Source of the DNA: Atractiella rhizophila
Lineage: Eukaryota
Length of the DNA stretch: 52,535 nt
NCBI GenBank assembly: GCA_021432655.1
Contig: MU271342.1
Location: forward strand, 33,629-86,163
Reading direction: 5' to 3'
This document shows positions 1-12,311 of this stretch, in pieces (the first letter of the stretch is position 1; every line of letters begins with the position of its first letter). Position numbers and translations under genes: made by a program. The notes below the pieces were generated by a model. That model ran no database searches and was not told the DNA's origin. It saw nothing but the letters and a program-made list of their open reading frames with translations.

Positions 1-555
1 GGTCGCCACTTGGATGTCCTCGTCATCGACTGCTTGCGTCTCTTACCTCACACCTCACACTACGGGCTTCCCCAAGCCCTCTTGACCTCGTCGCTCCTCC
101 GTCCAACTCGCACCTACCTCACGGGGTTCGCACATCGCACCACCCATTCTCAGTGGATAAGCGTAGGGAGGAGTTGGAGCGAATCCGGATGGAGCATCCG
201 TGGAGTAAAGAACATCCAAAGGCTGGAAGAGATGGATGTGCTTCAAATTCCTCCCCAGGATGTCGATCCCTACGTTTTCAACGAGACATCCCAAATCATC
301 GAGAATGCGGCAAGTGGAGATGATTTTGCATTCGTGCGGTTAGCGAGGGAGATGACGGAGAGCATAGCCCTCAAGGAAATCCTTGGGGACGTTGCATGTG
401 AAGTACAGGGAAAGGTGATGTTACGCCAGGCGTCTGCTACAACATGGGTTCGACCTGCCTATGATGGCCTTAACGTTTTCATCGGAGTTGGTGAGCAGGG
501 TAAACGAGTTTGGGACGACTCTCCGGAAGAGGACAAAGTTGATGATGACAACTAG
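1..555 (+). CDS. Metallo-beta-lactamase-fold hydrolase (PhnP-like, fungal), 3' end; starts upstream of the window
   Basis: C-terminal motifs DVLVIDCLR..PHTSHYGLPQAL, RPTRTYLTGFAH and VRPAYDGL match PhnP-like MBL hydrolases; stop TAG at 553-555. Confidence 0.8.
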   Translation, partial: GRHLDVLVIDCLRLLPHTSHYGLPQALLTSSLLRPTRTYLTGFAHRTTHSQWISVGRSWSESGWSIRGVKNIQRLEEMDVLQIPPQDVDPYVFNETSQIIENAASGDDFAFVRLAREMTESIALKEILGDVACEVQGKVMLRQASATTWVRPAYDGLNVFIGVGEQGKRVWDDSPEEDKVDDDN

Positions 556-1602
556 TGACCTTTACTTCGAATTCCTTTTCAAGTTGGCCTTGACGAAGGG
601 CAAAGGAACAGCGTACACCGACAGCGTTACCATAAAATACAATGAGCTCCTGCGCTTTGAGTGGGCTGAGAACGCAACCACACCACGCACTCACTCCATC
701 TCAAATCCTGGGAAGCAATCTTCAACTTTTCCAGCATCCGTTCTGCCCCCTTCCGTTCTATTGGCACCGCGATAAAACACACCTCTGACGGCAGCAGCAA
801 AGAACTGCAATCTGCGATTCCCAACTTTTCTTCTACTATATCCACAAGCGAACCCATCCAGCTTGCGGATGAACTAGATCGAGAGAACTTGGGAAGTTCA
901 AGGCGTTCAATACGTTCAATGCGGTCCAACCTCCAGCAGCATTTTCTCCAGAGCAGGGTACTGAGTATTGAACGTTGCCTCAAGTTAGGGGGGGAGCGCT
1001 CATGTGAACAGCAAGCTCTCCCTTGCTATCCACTTGAACTGCCACCCATTCACCCAACATCCGCCTACTTGGGGTTGATCAAGCCATTTTGGAGCAAAGC
1101 TGTCAACTGGCAATGGTGGGTGAACCTTTCGTTTGTGGGTGTAATCCTGAACATCGTCGTGTATCTGTCGTTCGCATGGTTCTACTAGTACAGGACCTCT
1201 TCATCGAACGATCTGAATTTTAGCTTTTTACTACCTATTGCAGTGCTAGTGCTCTATGTACCAGGCATTGCTCGAACAAATTGTGTTGGTTCGTGCTCAG
1301 CGCATGAAACAACCGTTTGGATTCTTGCTCAACCCACGCCTCTCTCCAACGAGACAAGAACACAAGCACAGACAGAGCATGCTTTCTTCAGTAATGTGCC
1401 TGGAATGCTGCAGACTTTCGCTTCTACGTGACTCTGATGAGTAACGTGCAGGATCTAGCTTCGGCTTTGAGAAGTCAGAAAATCACAGAGAAAATCACTT
1501 TAGCTATCCTGAATCTCAACGCCGCCACTATTTTTTTCATTATATGTGCATGATGTTGAAGCATTGTTATGTAAATCTTCCTCGGTTTTATCACATCAAC
1601 AG

Positions 1603-1920
1603 GCACTCGAGGAGGCAAAACTACTTCATCGAGATGTCCCTGTCGAAAACGTCCTATCGCTAAGATCGGAGAATGGTGAGGGGCGAGGAATACTTACAGA
1701 CTAAGAACTCGCGAAGAACGTTGATGATTCGTCTGCACTTGAGCCAGAACAAATCGTTGGTGTATCCACATCCACAAACACATTTAACAGGGAACTTATC
1801 AGTACCTTTCTCTTCGACTGGTAGGAGAACCTCGAAACCAGCGTCTTGTCTGACGACCTGAAGTCTTTCCTTTACGCCCTCTTTTCGGTGACTTGTGGCC
1901 CGTGTCAACCTACCCCTTAA
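1603..1920 (+). pseudogene. Relic of a fungal-type protein kinase (FunK1/Pkinase_fungal), catalytic core only
   Basis: Reads ALEEAKLLHRDVPVENVL...GRGILTD*ELAK (TAA at 1702-1704 where FunK1 kinases have the W of DWELAK), then GTYQYLSLRL after a short intron-like gap, then a frameshift to SDDLKSFLYALF (FunK1 DDLESF motif). Confidence 0.7.
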
Positions 1921-2726
1921 CTGTATCGACCCCAAAGAGCTGCTGAAGATGTCTACGCTTCAAGGCTTGGCTTGATATCAAGACTCGTCAAAGCTGTCTA
2001 TGTGACGAGTAGTCCCCTCAAAACACTCCTCAGCAGGCTGCTGATGGTACTAATCGCAGCGGTCCCTCTTCCAGGAGTTGCGGGATAGAGGGCGGCAAGT
2101 GACAGGGGATCACGATCATATCGAAGGAGAATGAACGATCACGATTACTTCCTGAAAGAACTGAAAACGGCCCTTAAAGGTATGGCGTGGAAGTAACAAA
2201 AGATGGGGGCTTGGATACTGAGAGTGGGTAAGGTGTAATGCGATGGTCTCAAATACCCTTCACTTGAGCGGTCGAATTTTTGTTCAATTAGTTTTCGAAC
2301 GATGTTGCCAGTTCTCTTCTAGATCCTTGCTGTAAATCATTAGAGTTAGCTTACTCTCTCTACACCGATTCGGGAGCAGGACACGATTGACTCTCCACTC
2401 AGAACTGAGGTATATCACAGGTTAACCACCGTTCCGCCAGTCCCACCGCTTGCGGTTTGGTTGGGATCGCATAGGGTAGTCAGTCAGAAATTCCTGACTT
2501 TTGGGACTCTCAAGCTCTCGATCGACCCATTAATCCAACTTTTGTGAGGTTGAGCCCGGGTTTCGAATACGGATCCCACACAACCTTTGTCCCCAGCTGT
2601 TGTTGATCACTTTATGATGACTACAATTGCAACGCAATTAGCCAAAACTGGTCCAATCCTTCAGGTCTTGCCCTACCAGCTGTTTTAATAACCGACTCAA
2701 AGTCGTCCCATCGACCTGGAAATGTG

Positions 2727-5679
2727 TTACGCTGATAATTTCGGTGCAGACGGATTGCTCACCCCTTTTCGGTCGGATATATCTGCAAACGCTTCGGAAG
2801 GGTATAAGCGTATTATTCGCCTAATGTGTTCCTCGCCGTCGATTGCCCTGTTAAAGTTGGCACGTTGAAGCTGCGACACGGCGGCAGAGAGTAAACTTTC
2901 TTCGAATGAAATCAGGTCGTTGTACGTTTGTTCGGCATTACCAGAATTTTGAACTCCTCTCGGGAGTAGATAGAGCTCCTTTGCGACTACTACGCCGGCG
3001 ACCTCCTGGATGGAACGGTGGAGAAATGGATGCCAATGTGAATCGTGGTCGACGGCCACCTCAGGCAGCAATTTGATTCCTCCAGCGCGTAAGAGGTTCA
3101 GAAAATAATGGCTCTCCTTAGCGAACTGGAGTACAAAGGTCGCATTCTCCCTACTCGTTGTCAGGAGCCTGATACGCATAGAGAATGCATTACCTCTCTT
3201 TCCTTGTCCCATTGGACATTTTAATGTCCTGGAGAAATAACAGGTAGAGGCGCGCAATGATGCTTTATTGCGTCAGCACCTTCATTTCCTGCAAACAAGA
3301 AACATACAGCGTGATGGGATGAACGTAAATAACCACATCCTCATCGTACATCACCTTTTCAACCAGGTCCATGATACCATCAATGTTGTCTCGGATGACT
3401 TTCCAAGACAGGATGATCATAGATCCTGGACGCCGACTTAACGCAAGAAAGCGGTTCAAAGAAGGGACACACCTGCTCTGAGTATGCGCTGAGGCTCTCT
3501 ACCTTGGCCAAATAAGATGACCGCTGCCTGATTGTTCTTCAAGACTCGGATCAGAGATACAAGGTTTTGGAAGCCACTATTATCCTCCTTTGTCAAATGT
3601 TTCGAGGATCTATCGAGGTATTGGACTATGATTCGGAGGGAGTCGCGGTGGATGAAGACAATGTTAACTGACTGAATGTTATTCGGATGACTGCCACTCC
3701 CAAGCCATTCGAGTTGGTGGCCGTACTGCAACGCTGTAATGTACAGAGCTCCAATGCGAAACCGCTCTTTGACAAGCTGCTGGTCCACGTCATGCCCTGG
3801 GAATGAGAATGATGGTGCAATGATGCCGAATGTGGCGGACTGGAGCAGCTGAAGCATTTCTTTGTTCAGCCTAGAGGCTCGTTCCGCCAATTGATGTGCC
3901 GCTTGCTTCTGATCCTTAAGGTCGCGAAGATGCGTCCTGCAGCGGTTGAACTCGAAGAAAATTTGGTCCTTGTCGTGCAGGCTGAGGTAGGAGTCGCGCT
4001 GTCGTTGACATTCTCGCTCGTTATTGGCTTCATCGGCCGTTTTCTGCTCTTGCTGATACTTCTTCTCTTCTTGGTTCCTCCTCTTCGCACTGAGACCTTG
4101 CATCTGTAGATAGGAAAAGCTTTTGGAATGTGTAGGAGGAGGCGCCACTGCAAGAGCTGTAAGTTGTTCAGCTGCCAGTGAGACTGAAATCTGGAACGAA
4201 CTCGTTCTCCCTTGAGCTCCCATATTTACGCGGCTAACTCCTTTTTTGATCTGAGGAGACTTTGTTGGATGAGTGACGCCGCTCTCACTATGCAAATTCA
4301 AAGGTTTGATCCACAATGAGGGATTGGCGTACTCAGCTATTGAACCCCTCGCTCTCCCCTTGTTAAGTTGATCTTTGATCTTTGACCTAGCTGTTTGTTC
4401 CTCTGGAGGTGGAGTATCCTTCCCGAACGCTTTCATTCGAGCCTTCTTCCTCCTTTGCAGGATAGGATTGTTAGCATCTTCCTCCGCTTGTTTCTCCGCT
4501 TTGGTGCTCCTTTTCCTCTTCTTCGCGCCACTCTCATCAGCTCGTCTCAGGCGATGAACGCTGACAAGGGGTTCGGAGTCGGAACTGATCTCCAATGTTA
4601 AACACCTGGCAGTAAGAGGAACTATCGGACCTCTCAGAATCAGATTCAATGATGTCTCTCTTCCTCTTTTTCCCCTTTTGTGCCTTTGTGCTTGGAGATT
4701 TGGAAGTTAGTGAGGATCTCAGACCGAGAGGAGGTGATGGTGAGCGGATTTTTCGTCTGTTCACACCTCGTAAGACGTTCGAGCTGGAAGACAGTTGATT
4801 TGATGTTCCCTCATCGCTTCCGGCTGTTGTCGGCTTGAGCAAAACAAGAAACGAAGTAAAAGGGAGTGAAACGCACCAGGCACGTAACCGACAACCATGT
4901 CCCAAAACTTTTGAACGATGTCATCACCGAAGTCGTATGCAACGGAGATCCTATGTGCGCCGTCAATTTCTATCCAGTTGATCCAACAGGAGTGAAACAC
5001 ACCTATCTTTTGTTCCCTTAACATATTCACGATCCTGAGCTGGCGTCACACCATCTTCAAGAAGTGAAGGTTTGACGCAAAAGAGTCCGATGGCGAGATC
5101 GTTTTTGAATCCTTCTTCAAAGTCATCCAATGCCACGCAGTCATTCACATTTTCTCTTGGTTCCCTTTTACACCATGACAATGTCAATCACATGTACTGA
5201 AGAGCTGCGAGAGGAAGTCGAACCAGGTATTTTCTGAAGCATCAAAGTACTCCCACTTGACCCAGTACCATTGCTCGTTTTGATCCCCACTTCGATGAAT
5301 CGTCCTTGCTTCAATTTTTTCTAAACGCGGAGCATCCAATCAACGTGACCCGAAGTATAACGGGGAAATTCTGCGCACCTACGGCCCAACAGTCGTCTGG
5401 TTCCTCCACCACCTTCTGTTTTTTCTTTTGCGGTATTTCATTCCGGTTATTGCTTGCCAGCTTCCGATTCTCCCTTCCCTTGTCCTTTCTCCCCTTTGTA
5501 TTTCCTGACAGTGGTCTGGTACCAGAAAGCTTTTCGGCGAAGCGGACGGGAGAAACGGGAATTTTCCTTGATGTTGGCGCGTGGGAAAGAGACTGTGTTG
5601 GCTGGCTGGGAGCTTCAGAATAACGGATATCAACAACCTCCATGTCCAGTAGCCCGACGTGATCTCGTGTAGGATCCAT
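2727..5679 (-). CDS. Large chromodomain-containing protein (~850 aa, ~7 introns): N-terminal chromodomain, basic low-complexity linker, coiled coil, globular C-terminus
   Basis: Removing GT-AG introns 5321-5378 and 5165-5223 gives WAVEKIEARTIHRSGDQNEQWYWVKWEYFDASENTWEPRENVNDCVALDDFE, a canonical chromodomain. Further phase-compatible introns link it to ORFs 3456-4649, 3265-3459 and 2727-3257. ATG at 5679. Confidence 0.75.
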
Positions 5680-7062
5680 TACGGCAGAAAGATATGGCTG
5701 TTGACAAGACAGATGAGAATTGGAGTTAAATATGAACAAGCAAGAATTGACATGGAAACAACGCGGAAGGAGCACAAAAAAAAGGACAAGACAGTTCTGC
5801 CCGAACTGTCGCGGTCCTTGAACTAAGAAATCGTGAGTTCCTCAGGCTGACGCTGCGGCGCGCGGTTATTCAGTGCGAACGAATGGGCAACTGGATGCTG
5901 GATGTGATAACTGAGAATAATGGCACTTTGTGAACTTTAAACTGTAACCATTAGAGCCAGGTCTTACAGGAGGCCTTTAGTTCACTCATTTAGCTCATCC
6001 CTCTGGTCAAGCTGTTGTGTGCGGGTCTCTGCTCGTAGTATCAAATGTCCAGGCTGTTGCGCGACGGTGTGTCTGCTCAGACTATCAACGAGCTTGCAGA
6101 AATGAACCATCAATTGCCCATTGCACACTCCACGAACTGGATGAATGCAGAACCATGAACTGCCCAGAAAGCCTTCTGTAAAGATCTCAAGATCTGGAGG
6201 TAAAAAGACTTGAAACAACTGCTGATAGCAGCTATTGCAGAGCAGAGTTCCCTTCTTCACGAAACTCCCGTGACCTTGTCGCACAGGACTCAAAACGGTA
6301 GAAAGAGACCCTTTCAAGCATTTTCTAGAGTACCACTCACCACTTCGGTTGTATACACCTTTGTTTACCAAGAATTACTACTGAGGCGTACAATGGATGA
6401 CTTTCGACCTTCCACCACAATTGTTTCAGCTGCTGACGGTGCTTAAGAGCCTATTTATGTATCTTACTGATAGTTAAAACAGAGGTTTTCAGCGGGAGTT
6501 GTTCGTGGTGGGATATACCTAAGAAGAAGCGCAGGATCTTTCTCAAGTAAACGACCTGGGAAACGCGATCGGTTCTGAGCTTCCTCAACTCTTCAGCGCG
6601 CTTCAACTATCATCAACTTGCCTTGGAGAGGCATTAGAGGCACAGGAGCAGGCACAGTAGCTCGATCAGTTGATTACGGATATTGCACGCGAACAATTAA
6701 GTGGTTAAGCTCCACCCAGCACCGATACTGAGATCCCAGCACCATTCACAGGCAGTGACGAGGCTTCTCTATGATCCTGGACCCCTCAGCTTGCAGCTCG
6801 TTGGTGGCAACATGACAGATGCCAGATGCCGACAGTGCTGAGGACAGCTGCAGCAAATGATCAGGATATCAAAAACCTAGGATCTTTCAGCTACTGACCT
6901 CAGGACATGAAATCAATAAGGGTGACCTGTCATTATGAGTTTAGTGCAAGCACCCTTGCCTCCGCAAAGCTAGCAGAAGGAAGAGCAGCTGTTATTTCCA
7001 AGCCCATTTGCACTACAAATGAAAAAACGAACCTTCTAGGAATGAAAAGCATCGTGTAGTCT

Positions 7063-7638
7063 TCATCCAGCCTCCTCTCTTCGGTTTAGGTGTGCTTCCA
7101 TCTCTTCCAACAACTCCACCTTCAACTTTAGCAAGATGTCCACTTCCTTCTGCTCTCCCTTCTCTTTCGCAGCCTCCATGGCACCATCGATCACCGCTAA
7201 GGAGTCTTTGAAACTTTGGAGATCTGAATCGGACGACCCCCAGTCTGAATCTGAATCTGAGGAGGAAGTTGACGAAGCAGACGATGAAGCTGGTTCTGAT
7301 TCTGAATCATCCATCTTCTCCAACTCCACAGCTTCTCCTTCACCAGCACCTCCGCCAACTATGCTTGAACCTCTGCCATCACCTTCCGACGAAGGTTCTT
7401 TCGTGCGATTCAAAAAACTTTTCACTCGCTCAACCAAGTCCGTATCTCCTTCATTTCTCTCCATAACTGCTACACTTTCTTCAATCTCCATTCCAACCTC
7501 TTCCTTCCTTCCCTCCTCTGGAGTACTGACAACTTCGATTTTTGGTCGTTTGTTTGAACTCTTTGGAGGATTCTGCAGCATGGAATATACGAGAGAATGC
7601 GACCGTTTCAGGGGTCGTTCTGAGGAAGACTGTGACAT
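7063..7638 (-). CDS. Hypothetical acidic/Ser-rich protein (191 aa), possibly nuclear
   Basis: Uninterrupted ATG-TGA ORF with KRPK-type basic patches, an S/D-rich tract and a helical C-terminus; no recognisable domain. Confidence 0.55.
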   Translation of the reverse strand: MSQSSSERPLKRSHSLVYSMLQNPPKSSNKRPKIEVVSTPEEGRKEEVGMEIEESVAVMERNEGDTDLVERVKSFLNRTKEPSSEGDGRGSSIVGGGAGEGEAVELEKMDDSESEPASSSASSTSSSDSDSDWGSSDSDLQSFKDSLAVIDGAMEAAKEKGEQKEVDILLKLKVELLEEMEAHLNRREEAG

Positions 7639-7827
7639 TATCGCCGTATTGTGAGATTGAAGAAATTATCTTATCTGGTTTTTTGGTTTTGGCTCTGGCG
7701 TATGTACCGTCACGTGAAGACTGGAGAATAGAATGCTCCTGGTGAGCAACAGTGAGTCGCCATTCGCCATCATCATCCGCTGCAGGTCTTGCTGGGATTG
7801 ACTAATAATCTCTATCAACATAACGCA

Positions 7828-9839
7828 ATGTCTCCCACCCGCCGTGGTCGCGAGTCGGGACCAGCATACAATCCAAACACTTCAACCAGTCCCTGTCGCA
7901 ATGCACCACAGTCGTCTCCAGCTTCCATTGCTGCATCAAGTTCAAAGAAATGGATACTCAACACGCAACATTTGATGTTCCTCAACGACGAAGGCGAGAT
8001 GGGCTGGATTCCTGTAGGAACGCTGAGAGACGTCCTGTTTCATGAACAGGCGTTCCACTTTCTAGCAACTTCAGCTGCATCCTCTCCGTTTGATTCAGTG
8101 CCGTCTCCATCTTCGATTCCCACTTTGGTTGAAGGACGGTGCGATCCTCAACGCCAAATGCAACTTGAGGTCTCGCCGATGAACACTCGCAGCTCTGCTA
8201 GCTGTTCGTCAACTGAACTTGCTGGATTGCGTGTCAAGCAGAGAAGTAGGAATATAAAGAGGAGGCGGTCCAGCGCTCTGTTTGTCAACGAATCTTATGC
8301 TAGAGTAACCTCTGAAGGGAAGGCGGTTTACCCTTGGGATATTAACGGTCAACGTGAGTTTAGTGATGTCCTAAACGTCAACATCTGAAGCTGGCTGCAG
8401 TGTGGTTCCACGGACAATCTTTACAAATAGGCAAGCCGAGCAATTCATAGCTCTCACCTCATTGACCTGAGTTATCAGTCGATAACCATGACCCTGTCTT
8501 CAGGCTCTTTGATCGCGCGGTAGCGATTGACGATGTCAATGATCCTTCCTTCCTGTCACGAACATCATTCATGCACCTTGCGACTGGCGCTTTTTCCAAT
8601 CTGATAGTCAAACTGGAACTGCGTCTCGAACGGTTCCTCGACTCTGAGTATTATTCTCACTCTCAGTTCCCCGCGCGAACCGTCTGCATGCGAAAAGCAA
8701 AGGCTTTGAAGGCGTTGGAACGGTTCATCCAGGGCATCTCTCGCTTGTCTGCCGGTGCTGATCGATCCTCTTCCCCTACGTTTCTAAACTCTCCAACTCG
8801 TCCTTGTTCAGACCCGTCAGACAATGTCGGTTCCAGCCTGCCTGTCCCTGTCACTGGCAGCCAAAGAAACAGTTTGTCCTCCCGATATTTTCTCACTGTG
8901 GTCTCATTTAGGAAGAGTAGATTGTGAGCTTTTAGGTCTGTCAACCACAACCTTTGGATCAACCGATGTTACGGACTGTGCCAAACAACCAACCTCTGTG
9001 CTCTCTTCACTCTTTAGTCCAAACAATGTTGACAACTCGACTACTGGTTCCTTCGCCGAAAGCATCCTTCCTATGGAGGGGATTCAGTATGCTCCGTCTG
9101 TCAGTGCTGAACGCTTCTACGACGACCGTGTCTCTGCAGGGCCCCAAAGTGTTTCCTGCGATTTGCCTCTCAAATCGATCAAGATGTCTCCAAAAGGAGC
9201 AACACTCTCCATTTACCGCATGTTACAAGACCTTGTGTGTCGGTGGAATCATCAGACAGGGACCGTCGAACGCGGATATCCAACGAAATCAAGAGAGACG
9301 TTTCGTGACCCTAACACAAACGAGCAGAAGCCCAAATGGTCTATTCTGGTATTTGACAAGGAAACCTACAGTGAAGTCCGAATAGGGACAAGAACTGTTT
9401 ATCCTTGGGATAGAAACGGTCTAGGTCTGTTTCTCTTCCGGTCGCTGGATGGGCTGCTGACAAAAGCGCAGAATGGTTCAAAGGACAACTACTCCATTTT
9501 GGTATCCCACCTATGTTGTTCATAGGAGCAGCAAGCTGACCGTCATCACTCAGGGAACTGCCAGAATCCTGCATTCAAGTTCTTCTCCGAAAGCTCTATA
9601 AATGACGACCGGAGTGTTACTCCTGCCACGAGTAGTGACCCATTTGTCCGTCCTATCAAGTCCAGGTTTGCGTCTTTCTTGTCCTTATTTGACCCCAGCT
9701 TATTGAAGTAACCAGACAGCATCTAGCAGCCGGAAAGTGCCATGCTCATCGTTGCCAAGAGAGTCTTGTTCAGCTTTGTCGCTTACAACTCGAAGCGGCT
9801 GGTTGGAAGGGTGATGTTCGTTCATCTCAACCACTCTGA
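7828..9839 (+). CDS. Hypothetical protein (or two tandem paralogues) carrying two copies of an uncharacterised VYPWDxNG-WFxGQ module
   Basis: Copy 1 splices to KAVYPWDINGQLWFHGQSLQIVDNHDPVFRLF...HLATG; copy 2 to RTVYPWDRNGLEWFKGQLLHFGNCQNPAFKFF...HLAAG. Each has a 30-nt exon (8401-8430; 9472-9501). Probable final stop TGA at 9837-9839. The connection across ~8760-8930 is uncertain. Confidence 0.6.
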
Positions 9840-10099
9840 CTGCAAGCAAGCTAAATGAGCGGAACAGCGCCGTGGCAAAAAGGGTCGTCTAGTTGCAGCT
9901 TGAACTTCTCGGTTGTCTCACCTCTTTAGTGGTTTATGTTGTACTGTACTCCCTTCTCGTCGACGATTAGCATCAAGTCCTCACGCTGCCAAGTCTTCAC
10001 AGTCAATTGACTCCCAGTCACTTAGTCACTTGTGATAACTGATATGCATTCCACTACATTCTGAACCTGTTTGTACAGCCCTCCACTAACAGTCCCTCC

Positions 10100-11281
10100 T
10101 TAGTCGTCGATGCAGGAGAGAATAGACGCAAATTTATCCCTAACGACAGCTTGACGAGCTTTATCGAGATCTGAAACAACCCAGACATCAGCTAACTGCT
10201 TCCAGCAAAGAAAAGAAAGGTATGAAAGGGAAGACGAACCAAATTTATCACTTGAATCAAACCCACTAATGCTCACACGGCAGTTGCCCGAATCAATAAC
10301 ACTGCTCTCAGTAGGCAAATGGTTGGTTCCACACTGCTGCACGTCATCCGTGAACGGGTTGATATCGATGTTGACCCTGCTGAGGACGAATTTGAAGTCG
10401 TCGACGGACGCGCACGCGTCCGTTATGTCGGGAAAGTTGACGTTGAGTCCTACGCCGGATGGAAGGAAAGGTGCACCAGAGTCGACGAGGGTTTGGACGA
10501 CTTTGAGGGTGAGACCGGCGTAGACATCTGCGATTGGATCGTCCCCGTCGGCGAAGGATTTGGCTACCCCTCCGGCAGCGGAGAAGGCGATAGCTGGGAT
10601 GCCTTCCTTCACGCCTTCAGTTGCAGCTCCGCTGTTTCGATTCAGACAGGTTAGATAAATGACACACAAAACGGAGCGGGAGGAGACTGACACGGTTCCT
10701 GAGAATTGAGTGACGATCCCGAGGTTGCTTCCCTTTTGTACACCGTCAGCATTTCGCGTTGATTTTGGAGGGTAGCAGCATCAAGAAACGTACCACATTC
10801 GGACCGGTAATAACGAGATCAGGCTTCCCTCCCAGTTCGCGAGGAGCAACAGTCTTGATACCAAACTTAATCGCGGTGACTGGGAAGGAGTTGACGTAGT
10901 TGATACGGGAGTCGTTGGGATCACTTCCCGTTGCAGGAGCGCCAGCAGGAATTGTGCCGAACTGACCTGCGCTAGTCAAGGGGGTGGCAGGGAGGTCGAG
11001 GGAAGAGGAGCCAGACTTGTTCTCAGCGGGAGCTGAGATGATAGCTGGTCATCGCAGCGTGTATCAGCTCAGTATCTCGCAACAGGTGTAGACAAACATG
11101 GGAATCCTGCGTCAGTGAGGGTGTTGTAAGCGGTGCGAATGAAAGAAGTCGCCCATCCATCGTCGTCGCCAATCGCAATCTTCACGTTCCCGTTCTGCCT
11201 CTTGAAATTCGTCGAGCCCGCAGTAGGAGCTGCTACGGCGGAAAGCACCAGAGCGGAGGCGTAGAAGAGGTTGGGATGCAT
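10100..11281 (-). CDS. surE: Secreted SurE-family 5'/3'-nucleotidase / acid phosphatase (4 introns)
   Basis: Signal peptide MHPNLFYASALVLSAVAA; motifs DDGW, SAPAENKSG, YVNSFP, PDLVITGPNVGSNLG, FSGTVGAA, GIPAIAFS and LNVNFP; stop TAA at 10100-10102. Confidence 0.9.
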
Positions 11282-11883
11282 AGTTCTTGTCAAAAGAAAG
11301 AGGAGAAAGAAAGTCGATCAAGCCTTGAAATCTTGCCACCGATTGCCACTGAGACTGAATGTCAAAGGGAAGGTACAATAGTCGAACCAGCTTTTATGTG
11401 TTTGGCAGGGCCCTCCTTGGCTTCCCCATTGGGGTGACAACGTGCAATGCTGGAGTTCCGCGCACCGCTTTAGCGAGAAATTGCGTATGCCCTTGACCAT
11501 GTTAGCCGTCGTCACGAACACTTTGAACATCTGGTGTAATAAGAGGGACCGGGCAGTTTGAACACGTTCAGCGTGCTCTGGAATTGCTACCTCGTGCGAT
11601 TTGGGGAAGTGAAGCGGGGCAGAGCTGCGATCGAAATTATGAAAATCACAGGCGCAAGCAATCGGCAATCAGAAGGCTTGGTAACCGCAAAAGGGAAGGC
11701 ATAATGCTATTTCAAGGCAGCAGCGCATACTCGTCAAACTCTCTAGTTGTCAACTGCGTCTCCAGCTTGAATATTGCTAACAATGTATATCAGAACCTTA
11801 AATAGTCCGAAAAAGGCAGTTGCCCAAAGAAGGAACCATTCACAAACCTTATAAATTTTGTTACCCACCACCTCGCGACCAGC

Positions 11884-12311
11884 ATGACGTTCTTTCGCCC
11901 AACACCATACATCAAAGTCCTCCCGCTTCCCTCCTTCCTGGTCCCCCACCATCTCCTACGCCTCCCTCCCGCACTCGTGCGTCCGCCAACACCTCGAAAA
12001 CGACTCACAAATCTCGCGCTCACTCTCCGTCGACAAGGTGTATCCATCCCACCGAATCTAAGGATCACGCATTTCAAAGAGGAGCATAAGCAAGTGAAGA
12101 TACAGAAACACCGGTGGTTGCAGGGTGTGAGAGTGGTATGGAGAAGGAAGGGTCTGAAGGAGGGACGATACCCGTTGAGTTGGGGTAGGAAGCTTGGTGG
12201 GGGAGATATTGCACGTAGAGGACCTGCTAGGGATCTGGTATGTTTCCTTTCTTTGGTGTAAATTAACTCTAACTCGACGTTTAGGTGGAGTTGATTCGGA
12301 GGGACAATTAG
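11884..12311 (+). CDS. Small basic hypothetical protein (~126 aa, one intron)
   Basis: Arg/Lys-rich ORF with a GTATGT donor after ..ARDL and a TTAG acceptor at 12284, giving VELIRRDN*; divergent from the SurE gene. Confidence 0.55.

Noticed and set aside
5100..5400. Chromodomain as part of a chromovirus (Ty3/gypsy) integrase
   Set aside because: It is N-terminal, interrupted by spliceosomal introns, and no RT, RNase H, integrase or LTR sequence is nearby.
5982..6371. LLCNSCYQ as the second half of a GATA zinc finger
   Set aside because: No correctly spaced upstream CxxC or TPxWR motif could be joined in frame; left unannotated.
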